This document shows, piece after piece, positions 57,011 to 64,000 of a stretch of 64,000 bases of DNA. The position numbers and the translations under genes were made by a program. Source of the DNA: Anaerolineae bacterium (GTDB lineage: Bacteria > Chloroflexota > Anaerolineae > Aggregatilineales > Phototrophicaceae); NCBI GenBank assembly GCA_048499435.1, contig JASNZW010000006.1, forward strand, positions 103,942 to 167,941, in the 5' to 3' direction. Within the stretch, counting starts at the first letter, position 1, and each line of letters begins with the position of its first letter. The notes beneath the pieces were generated by a model. The model ran no database searches and was not told the origin of the DNA. It saw only the letters and a list, made by a program, of their open reading frames with translations.

Positions 57011-57730
57011 ATGAGCGCAGATACGACACAACCGGCCCCCAGCAGCCTTGAAGCGCTGACCCCCCGGATGGAGCTGCGCGGCAAAGTAAAGCGGATCGAG
57101 CTGTTTGGCGCGTTTGTTGATATTGGCGTGGGGCAGGATGCGCTGCTTCACATCTCACAGCTTGGTCAGCAGAATGTCCGCAATGTCGAAGATGTAGTTA
57201 AAGAGGGCGATGAAGTCACGGTGTATGTCCTGCGGGTGGAGCCTGCTGAGCGCCGCGTGGCGGTCTCGCTGGTGAAGCCGCCCGCGGTCACCTGGGATGA
57301 CCTGAGTGAGAACGATATCGTGACGGGCACGGTTGTGCGCGTAGAGGGCTTCGGCGTGTTCGTGGATATTGGCGCAGAACGGCCGGGCATGGTTCACGTC
57401 TCTGAGCTGGCGAGCGGTTTCGTCAAGTCGCCCTCGGATGTTGTGAAAATGGGCGACCAGGTGCAGGCGCGCGTGATCAAGATCAATCGCAAGAAACGGC
57501 AGATTGACCTGAGCATGAAGTCGCTGGAAGCTGAGGAAGCGGTCATACCAGAGGAAGAAACCGAAGCCGTGCCCACCGCGATGGAGCTGGCGCTGCGCCG
57601 CGCTATGGCTGGCGCCGACACCGCGCCTGACACGCGCCGCGCGAAGCCGAAAGCCAAGTACAGCAAGCGGTCGAGCGAGCAGGACGAGATTCTCGCCCGC
57701 ACCCTGCGCGAACACTCAAGCGGCAGCTAA
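57011..57730 (+). CDS. S1 RNA-binding domain protein (two S1 domains, basic C-terminal tail)
   Basis: 239 aa. Two copies of G.V.R.E.FGAFVDIG....(L/M)(L/V)H(I/V)S(Q/E)L. AAGGAG RBS. Confidence 0.82.
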   Translation: MSADTTQPAPSSLEALTPRMELRGKVKRIELFGAFVDIGVGQDALLHISQLGQQNVRNVEDVVKEGDEVTVYVLRVEPAERRVAVSLVKPPAVTWDDLSENDIVTGTVVRVEGFGVFVDIGAERPGMVHVSELASGFVKSPSDVVKMGDQVQARVIKINRKKRQIDLSMKSLEAEEAVIPEEETEAVPTAMELALRRAMAGADTAPDTRRAKPKAKYSKRSSEQDEILARTLREHSSGS

Positions 57731-57761
57731 CGCGGCCGCGCCAGTTTAGCAGATTTTCTGA

Positions 57762-57787
57762 GACAGCCTGCCCGCCGCGGCAGGCTG
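57762..57787. terminator. hairpin between the convergent S1-domain gene and the VKOR gene
   Basis: ACAGCCTGCC (57762-57771) pairs with GGCAGGCTGT (57778-57787), a 6-nt loop, then TTG. Confidence 0.55.
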
Positions 57788-57806
57788 TTTGCGTCCGGCG
57801 GCGGCC

Positions 57807-58304
57807 TCAGGCGCGCTGGAAAGTGCGCCACAGGCGCGCGGCGGTGATGATGAACAGGGCTGTCATGATTGTTTCGTGCGCCAGGCACCAGGGGCACAGC
57901 GCCTGCAGCAGCGCGATCTGCGCGTACACCAGCCACATCGAAAACAGAAAGGCGAACAGCGTGATGCCGAACAGCAGCGCGATGCCGTAGTCGCGCAGGA
58001 ACGCCACACGATTTTGCAGCAGCAGCAGCGCGCCCAGCACCAGGTAGGTGAGGAAGCCCAGATAGGCGATTTCGATGCCAAGGACGCGCGAGTAAATGCT
58101 GTTGGATACCACGTCGCAGTTAAACGCCGCGCCTTCAACACAGACTACAGCCGTTTGGGTCAGCTTGGTGTAGCTGAGGTAGCCGCTGACGAGCAGGCCA
58201 GCGGCGACCAGCAGCAGGCTGATGATGCGAAGCCAGTCGCGCGGGCCGCGCGACGAGTTATCCAGGGCGGTAGCTTTTGCAGACACGGCGTTTTCCTCAC
58301 TCAT
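57807..58304 (-). CDS. vitamin K epoxide reductase (VKOR)-family membrane protein
   Basis: ATG 58304 (MSEENAV..). Loop cysteines VVCVEGAAFNC, active-site CPWC and four hydrophobic helices. 8-nt overlap with the moeA stop. Confidence 0.8.
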   Translation of the reverse strand: MSEENAVSAKATALDNSSRGPRDWLRIISLLLVAAGLLVSGYLSYTKLTQTAVVCVEGAAFNCDVVSNSIYSRVLGIEIAYLGFLTYLVLGALLLLQNRVAFLRDYGIALLFGITLFAFLFSMWLVYAQIALLQALCPWCLAHETIMTALFIITAARLWRTFQRA

Positions 58305-59547
58305 TACGGTAGACTGCGGACTCGAAGCCGCCCAGCAGACGCACAGCCAGCACGCTGCCGGCGGGAACAAAGGTGACGTTTTCGGGCACGATCAGCAGGC
58401 CGTCGGCCAGCACCAGCGACAGCAGCGCGCTGGAACTCTGGGTGCCGGTCGTGCGCGCTGTGAGCTGGCCGCCGTCGCGGCTGAGCGTCACGCGCAGGTA
58501 GCTGCGCCGCCCGTCGGTGTGCAGGTCGTCGGCGGTGACGGCGGTGGTGGTCGCTGTGGTGTCGGGCTGGTTTTGCTGGCGCAGCAGGAACGGGCGCACG
58601 AACACGTCGAAGGTGACCGCCGCTGAAACCGGGTTGCCGGGCAGGCCAAAGAACGGCACGCCGCGCAGATGGCCGAAGGTCAGCGGTTTGCCGGGGCGCA
58701 TGTTAACGCGCCACAGGCTGACCTCGCCCAATTCCTCCAGCGCCAGGCGCACAACGTCGGCAGCGCCGACCGACACGCCCGCCGTGCTGATGACGATGTC
58801 CGGCGCGAGGTCAAGCGCCTGCGCGAACACCCCGCGCACCGCCGCCAGCGTGTCGCCGGCGATAGGCAGGCGCCGCGCCGCGCCGCCCCAGTTTTCGACC
58901 AGCGCGGCGATGGTGTAGCTGTTGGAATCGTAGACAGCGCCGGGGCGCAGCGGGGCGTCAACGGGCAGCAGCTCGTCACCGGTGCTGATAACCGCCGCGC
59001 GCGGGCGGCGCGTCACCGGGACCTGCGCCCAGCCCAGCGCGGCCAGCAGGCCGATGTCTGGCGGGCGCAGGCGGCGGCCCGCGCGCAGTACGGCCTGCCC
59101 GGCGCGCACATCGTCGCCGGGCGGGCGCACATTGGCGCCCGGCGCGGCAGGCTGGCGGATGCCAACGTCCGGCAGCGGCGCGGCGCCATACGACCAGGCT
59201 GCGTCGGTCTGCTCAACGGGGACCACAGCGTCAGCCCCCTGGGGCAGCAGCGCGCCGGTCATGATGCGCGCCGCCTCGCCCGCCCCGATGGGGCCGGGCA
59301 GCGCGGCCCCGGCGCGAATATCCTGTGTGACGCGCAGGCGCACCGGCGCGGCGCGGACATCGGCGGCGCGGACAGCATAACCATCCATAGTTGATGTGGC
59401 GAACGGCGGCAGGTCTGCCCCGGCGGCTACATCCTGCGCCAGCACGCGGCCCGCCGCTTCCTCAAGCGGGACGTGTTCGAGGGGCAGGCGCGTGGCTTTG
59501 GCCAGGATATATTCAAGCGCCTGCTCAACGCTTAATAGGTCGGTCAT
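58297..59547 (-). CDS. moeA: molybdopterin molybdotransferase MoeA
   Basis: ATG 59547 (MTDLLSVEQALEYIL). ..FATSTMDGYAVRA.., VISTGDEL, and GLPGNPVSA. Confidence 0.9.
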   Translation of the reverse strand: MTDLLSVEQALEYILAKATRLPLEHVPLEEAAGRVLAQDVAAGADLPPFATSTMDGYAVRAADVRAAPVRLRVTQDIRAGAALPGPIGAGEAARIMTGALLPQGADAVVPVEQTDAAWSYGAAPLPDVGIRQPAAPGANVRPPGDDVRAGQAVLRAGRRLRPPDIGLLAALGWAQVPVTRRPRAAVISTGDELLPVDAPLRPGAVYDSNSYTIAALVENWGGAARRLPIAGDTLAAVRGVFAQALDLAPDIVISTAGVSVGAADVVRLALEELGEVSLWRVNMRPGKPLTFGHLRGVPFFGLPGNPVSAAVTFDVFVRPFLLRQQNQPDTTATTTAVTADDLHTDGRRSYLRVTLSRDGGQLTARTTGTQSSSALLSLVLADGLLIVPENVTFVPAGSVLAVRLLGGFESAVYRNE

Positions 59548-59584
59548 GGCGTTCTCAGCGGCGGCGTTCCCGATTGAGCGGCGC

Positions 59585-59593
59585 ATTATAGCA
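59585..59593 (-). promoter_or_regulatory. extended -10 element (TGcTATAAT on the minus strand) upstream of moeA
   Basis: Plus strand reads ATTATAGCA at 59585-59593, ~35 nt upstream of the moeA start. Confidence 0.45.
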
Positions 59594-59703
59594 CATCGCC
59601 CTTGATTTTTGGCACCGTTGTTTTGTAGCATTTGGAGTGCAGATACGTTACAGTGGTGGAATCACGCGGGCTGGCTGCTGTGAGCCGCCCGTGAGGGCAC
59701 ACT

Positions 59704-61890
59704 ATGAACCTGCAAACCCTGCTTAAAAGCCTGCCTGATCTCTCGCCGAACGACCGATCGCTGATTGAGCGCGCTTACCATAGAGCAGAGGCCGCGCACG
59801 CCGGCCAGCTTCGCAAGTCCGGCGAGCCGTATTTCACCACCCACTGCCTGGCGGTGGCGCAGATACTGGCCGATATGAAGCTGGACGCGGAGACTATCGC
59901 CGCCGCGCTGCTGCACGACACGCTGGAAGACACCAAGGTAACGCTGGAAGAACTGCAGTTGGAGTTCAATGAGAGCGTTGCGACGATGGTGGACGGTGTG
60001 ACCAAGCTGGCCAAACTGCCCATCAAAGCGGATATAGACCGGCGCGGGCGGCATAACGACCGCGAGCTGGAATCGATCCGCAAGATGCTGCTGACGATAA
60101 ACAGCGATGTGCGCACCGTGCTGGTGAAGCTGGCGGACCGCCTGCACAACATGCGCACCCTGGGCTTCATGGCGCCTGACCGGCAGCGGCACATCGCCCA
60201 GGAAACGATGGATATTTTCGCGCCGCTGGCCAACCGGCTGGGCATCTGGCAGATGAAGTGGGAGCTGGAGGACCTGGCCTTTCGCTATCTGGAGCCGCAG
60301 GCGTACCGCGAAATCGCGGCGCAGGTTGACGAGCGCCACGCGGACCGCCAGGCGTATATGGATGAAGTGATTGCTATGCTGCGGCGCGAGCTTCAGCGAT
60401 ACGGCATTGAGAACCCGACGGTTTCCGGGCGGCCCAAGCACATCTACAGCATTTACAGCAAGATGCGGCGCAAGGACCTTCCCTTTGAACGCATTTACGA
60501 TATGCGCGCGGTGCGGGTTATTGTTGATTCTCCGCAGCAGTGCTACCTGGTGCTGGGCGTGGTGCATAACTTATGGCGGCCTATCCCCGGCGAGTTTGAT
60601 GACTATATCGCCGCGCCGAAGGACAATTTCTATAAAAGCCTGCACACGGCGGTGCTGGACGCTAAAGGCAAGACAATTGAGGTGCAGATACGCACCTGGG
60701 AGATGCACGAGCACGCTGAGTATGGTATCGCGGCCCACTGGCGCTATAAAGAAGGCCGGTCGCATATCCGCGATGAGGACTACGAGCACCGGGTGAGCTA
60801 CCTGCGCCGCCTGATGGATGTCGGGACCGACGTTAATGACGACGCTGAAACGTTCGTAGACACCATTAAGAGCGAGGTTTTTCAGGACCGGGTTTACGCC
60901 TTTACCCCGAAAGGCGACGCTGTAGACCTGCCGATTGGCTCCACGCCGATTGACTTCGCCTACCATATCCACACTGAGATCGGCCACCGCTGCCGGGGCG
61001 CTAAGGTGCACGGCCGGCTGGTGGGGCTGAACTACCGGCTTAAGACCGGCGACCAGGTGGAGATTATCACCTCTAAGCGCGGCGGCCCCAGCCTGGACTG
61101 GCTAAACCCCAGCCTGGGATATACCAACACCACGCGCGCCCGGTCGAAGATTCGCCAGCACTTCCGCAAGCTCAACCGCGATAAGCATATTTCCAGCGGG
61201 CGCGAGGCGCTGGAGCGCGAGCTTAAACGCCTGGGGCTGCTCGACACGATCACATTCGATTCAGTGGCCACCCTGTTCAGTTATGACCGGCTGGACGATT
61301 TCCTGGCGGCGGTGGGCGCGGGCGATATCAACAGCTCGCAGATTGCCAACCGGCTGCTGGAGCTGGACCGCAAACACCAGGCGCAGTCAGAGGATGGGCT
61401 GGCCTGGCCGCGCCCGACGCCCGCGTCGCTGCCGGTCAATATGGGCAACGGCGTGAATATCATGGGGACGGGCGGCCTGCTGGTCAACATGGCGCGCTGC
61501 TGCAACCCTATGCCCGGCGACCGGATCGTAGGGTATATCACGCGCGGGCGCGGCGTGACGGTGCACCGGCAGGACTGCTCGAATATGCAGGTGACGACGG
61601 AGCCGGAACGGCTGATTGATGTCACGTGGGGGCATGTGGCAGCCGAACAGCGCTATCCGGTGCCTGTTGAGATCATCGCCTACGACCGCGAGGGCCTGCT
61701 GCGCGATATCAGCACGATCATCGCTGACGAGAAGGTGAACATGCCCTCTGTCAATGTGTCCACGCGGCAGAATATCGCCACGTTCCATCTGATAATCGAG
61801 ATCGGCAACGTTGGCCAGTTGATGCGGATTCTTACGCGGCTGGAATGCATCAGCAACGTGGTTGAGGCGCGGCGCAGAAGCATGACCTGA
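59704..61890 (+). CDS. relA: bifunctional (p)ppGpp synthetase/hydrolase (RelA/SpoT homologue)
   Basis: 728 aa. HD hydrolase motif LLHDTLEDT, synthetase RPKHIYSIYSKM..YKSLHTAV, and TGS and ACT regions at the C-terminus. Confidence 0.95.
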   Translation: MNLQTLLKSLPDLSPNDRSLIERAYHRAEAAHAGQLRKSGEPYFTTHCLAVAQILADMKLDAETIAAALLHDTLEDTKVTLEELQLEFNESVATMVDGVTKLAKLPIKADIDRRGRHNDRELESIRKMLLTINSDVRTVLVKLADRLHNMRTLGFMAPDRQRHIAQETMDIFAPLANRLGIWQMKWELEDLAFRYLEPQAYREIAAQVDERHADRQAYMDEVIAMLRRELQRYGIENPTVSGRPKHIYSIYSKMRRKDLPFERIYDMRAVRVIVDSPQQCYLVLGVVHNLWRPIPGEFDDYIAAPKDNFYKSLHTAVLDAKGKTIEVQIRTWEMHEHAEYGIAAHWRYKEGRSHIRDEDYEHRVSYLRRLMDVGTDVNDDAETFVDTIKSEVFQDRVYAFTPKGDAVDLPIGSTPIDFAYHIHTEIGHRCRGAKVHGRLVGLNYRLKTGDQVEIITSKRGGPSLDWLNPSLGYTNTTRARSKIRQHFRKLNRDKHISSGREALERELKRLGLLDTITFDSVATLFSYDRLDDFLAAVGAGDINSSQIANRLLELDRKHQAQSEDGLAWPRPTPASLPVNMGNGVNIMGTGGLLVNMARCCNPMPGDRIVGYITRGRGVTVHRQDCSNMQVTTEPERLIDVTWGHVAAEQRYPVPVEIIAYDREGLLRDISTIIADEKVNMPSVNVSTRQNIATFHLIIEIGNVGQLMRILTRLECISNVVEARRRSMT

Positions 61891-61923
61891 GCGCCGCGCT
61901 GGCGCGGGGATTTGCGGATCCAT

Positions 61924-61952
61924 TTGCATTTCCATTACACGAGAATTATAAT
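61924..61952 (+). promoter_or_regulatory. sigma-70-like promoter (TTGCAT-N17-TATAAT) in an AT-rich island upstream of the SARP-like gene
   Basis: -35 at 61924-61929, -10 at 61947-61952, ~100-nt leader to ATG 62057. Confidence 0.55.
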
Positions 61953-61960
61953 TTCCATAC
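61928..61960 (+). repeat. direct repeat ATTTCCAT(T)AC x2, 23 bp apart, overlapping the -35 and -10 elements
   Basis: ATTTCCATTAC at 61928-61938 and ATTTCCATAC at 61951-61960. Confidence 0.6.
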
Positions 61961-62056
61961 TATTCTAAACAACGCCCTAACTATCAGGCCTGTGGCATAA
62001 CGGTTTAAACCTTATGTGCCGGCGGGGGTACAGACAGGAAAAGAGGGCCGGTTTTT

Positions 62057-63250
62057 ATGTTGAATACTGTTTACAAACGGGCGGTTGAACAACTGCTCAG
62101 TGTTGATGACGCGATACGCCTGATTATCGTACACCCTAATTACATCCCGCAGCGCCTGCTGCTGGCCGAGCTGCTGCACAAGCCCCTGGTTTACGTCCGT
62201 TTTGAAGGGCATGGCCTGACGCTGGCGGCGCTGCGCGAGCAGCTTGCGGCGGCGCTGCTGCAGCAAACGGGCGCGGCGAGCGTCGCGCCGGGGGCGTGGG
62301 TGGTGCTGGATGAGTGTGACCGGGGGCAGGCGGAGGCGCTGGATGCGGCGCTGCCTGAAATCCTGGACGCGGTAGGGGCCGGCCGCGTGATCGCGCTGCT
62401 GCGGCAGCCGCCGCCCTGCGTCTTTACGGACGAGGCGCTGCGCCGGCGCACGCAGTTCGTGCCGGTGGACGAGGACCTCATGCTGTGGAATTACGCCCGC
62501 CGGGAGCGCTCCGGGCCGGCGCTGCTGGAGGTGCGCGCGCTGGGAACGGGCCACGTTCTGCTCGACGGCCGCCCGGTTGACACGTGGGACGGCCTGCTGC
62601 CGCGCCTGCTGTTCCTCTTTCTGGTAGACCGGGGCATGACAACCCGCAGCGACATCTTCGAGACGTTCTGGCCCAACCTGACCGTGCGCGAGGCCACTAA
62701 CGTGTTTCACGTCACCAAGCGCAAGATCAGCGAGGTGCTGGGAATAGACCTGACCGTTTACTGGTCGGGCTTCTACCATATTTCCGAGGCTGTTGAGCTG
62801 AGCTACGACGTGGTTCAGTTTTCGGAGCTGGTGCAGAACAGCGTCGTCGCGCCGGCGGACCGGGCTGTTGACCTGCTGGAGAAGGCTGTCTGGCTGTACC
62901 GTGACCAGTTTCTCGTGCGGCTTGACATGCCCTGGATTGACCGGCGGCGGCAGGAACTGCACCAGACTTACGGCGAGGCGCTGATTAGCCTGGCGAAACA
63001 CATGGAAAAGCGCGAGCAAAAGGCTGACGCGCTGGGGCTGTATTTGCAGGCCGCTGCCGGCAACCGCCAGCGCGAGGATGTCGCGCTGAACAGTATGCTG
63101 CTGTTCCGCCAGATGGGGTTGTACGCGGACGCGCTCAAGGTTTACGACCTGCTGCACGCTGAGCTGCGCCACAGCCTGGGCGTTGCGCCCGCGCCGCACT
63201 TGCAGCAGCTCGCCCAGCAGATCGAGGCTGAGTGCCGCGTCCAGCGCTGA
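62057..63250 (+). CDS. SARP/AfsR-like transcriptional regulator (OmpR-type winged helix + BTAD) with an unassigned ~145-aa N-terminal domain
   Basis: 397 aa. LLEVRALGTGHVLLDGRPVDTW..LLFLFLVDRG..TRSDIFETFWP wHTH. BTAD-like ..AVWLYRDQFL...YGEALISLAKHMEKREQKADALGLYLQA..ELRHSLGVAP. Confidence 0.78.
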   Translation: MLNTVYKRAVEQLLSVDDAIRLIIVHPNYIPQRLLLAELLHKPLVYVRFEGHGLTLAALREQLAAALLQQTGAASVAPGAWVVLDECDRGQAEALDAALPEILDAVGAGRVIALLRQPPPCVFTDEALRRRTQFVPVDEDLMLWNYARRERSGPALLEVRALGTGHVLLDGRPVDTWDGLLPRLLFLFLVDRGMTTRSDIFETFWPNLTVREATNVFHVTKRKISEVLGIDLTVYWSGFYHISEAVELSYDVVQFSELVQNSVVAPADRAVDLLEKAVWLYRDQFLVRLDMPWIDRRRQELHQTYGEALISLAKHMEKREQKADALGLYLQAAAGNRQREDVALNSMLLFRQMGLYADALKVYDLLHAELRHSLGVAPAPHLQQLAQQIEAECRVQR

Positions 63251-63256
63251 ACGGCT

Positions 63257-64000
63257 GTGTCGCTGCGCGTCCTGCTGATCGAGCCGTACTATGGCGGCAG
63301 CCATCGCGCCTGGGCGGACGGCTTCCGCGCCTTTTCCAGCCATGATATCAGCCTGCTGACGCTGCCGGCCAGCTTCTGGAAGTGGCGCATGCAGGGCGGG
63401 GCGGTGACGCTGGCGCGGCTGTACAACGACACTTCGGACGACCCCGACGCGATTCTGGCGTCTGATATGTTCGACCTGGCGGCGTTCCGCGCGCTGACGC
63501 GGCGGCGCACGGCCAGCATCCCCGCCGCGCTGTATTTCCACGAGAACCAGCTTACGTACCCGCAGAACGCGCGCCAGCGTCACGGCTGGCGCTACGGATT
63601 CACCAATTACGTCAGCGCGCTGGCGGCGGAACGGGTCTATTTCAACAGCGCCTTTCACCGCGCGGCGTTTTTCGCGGCGCTGCCGAAGATGTTGAAGCAT
63701 TTCGCAGATTACAACGAGCTGGAGTCCGTGACGGCGCTGGAGCAGCGCGCGGAGGTGCTGCCGCTGGGGCTGGACCTGCGCCGCTATGACGCGCACCGCA
63801 GCGCGCCAGACAGCGGCGCGCCGCCGCTGATCGTGTGGAATCACCGCTGGGAGGCGGATAAGAACCCGGCGGCGTTTTTTGCCGCGCTCGATGCGCTGGC
63901 GGAACAGGATGTGCCGTTCCAGGTGGCGCTGCTGGGCGAGAACTTCGCGGCGCAGCCGGCGGCCTTTGAGGCGGCCCGCCAGCGCCTGGGCGCGCGCGTG
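63257..64000 (+). CDS. DUF3524-type glycosyltransferase (GTDC1-like), 5' partial, runs off the window
   Basis: Not in the ORF track because there is no stop in the window. GTG 63257 gives VSLRVLLIEPYYGGSHRAWADGF..FHENQLTYP..IVWNHRWE.DKNP, matching the DUF3524 N-terminal pattern. Confidence 0.75.
   Translation, partial: MSLRVLLIEPYYGGSHRAWADGFRAFSSHDISLLTLPASFWKWRMQGGAVTLARLYNDTSDDPDAILASDMFDLAAFRALTRRRTASIPAALYFHENQLTYPQNARQRHGWRYGFTNYVSALAAERVYFNSAFHRAAFFAALPKMLKHFADYNELESVTALEQRAEVLPLGLDLRRYDAHRSAPDSGAPPLIVWNHRWEADKNPAAFFAALDALAEQDVPFQVALLGENFAAQPAAFEAARQRLGARV

Noticed and set aside
59548-59703. Possible Moco riboswitch upstream of moeA.
   Set aside because: The TGcTATAAT element leaves only a ~30-nt leader, far too short for the ~130-nt Moco RNA motif.

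Overview
High-GC, densely coding bacterial chromosomal segment. I call 58 protein-coding regions and one tRNA-Leu. I found no rRNA, CRISPR array, transposase, integrase or phage genes. Most of the window is housekeeping: panB/panC, fabF/fabH, proC, F1 ATP synthase atpAGDC, mreB, rex, tig-clpP-clpX, obg-nadD, sodA, an aspartase/fumarase-family lyase, moeA and relA/spoT. Thr/Pro-rich linkers, LysM/YkuD wall enzymes, a stand-alone VKOR, Rex and an ECF sigma/anti-sigma pair resemble Chloroflexota-type genomes, but that guess cannot be verified from sequence alone. No segment can be shown to be a new system without database and synteny searches. Five loci deserve a second look. (1) 3.6-10.7 kb holds a molybdenum-hydroxylase cluster with a YqeC::MocA fusion, a permuted FAD/2Fe-2S fusion subunit and an inserted 2-TM charged-tail protein, making it a candidate selenium-dependent Mo hydroxylase. 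(2) 35.0-38.3 kb holds an AAA+ ATPase, an atypical receiver-domain protein and an orphan ORF, with their own promoter and a structured leader. (3) 48.9-57.0 kb holds a divergent cell-envelope locus: a 4xLysM L,D-transpeptidase, a membrane PD40 propeller protein with an unusual C-terminal domain, an M23 peptidase, an A-B-A-B-A modular secreted protein and a lipoprotein. (4) 15.8-17.6 kb holds an ECF sigma/anti-sigma pair whose anti-sigma carries LysM and a poly-Asp/His tail encoded by a trinucleotide repeat. (5) 61.9-64.0 kb holds a SARP/BTAD-like regulator with direct repeats in its promoter, followed by a DUF3524 (GTDC1-like) glycosyltransferase. The many long antisense ORFs in the six-frame track are high-GC artefacts. 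All functional calls rest on motif recognition by eye and no searches were run.
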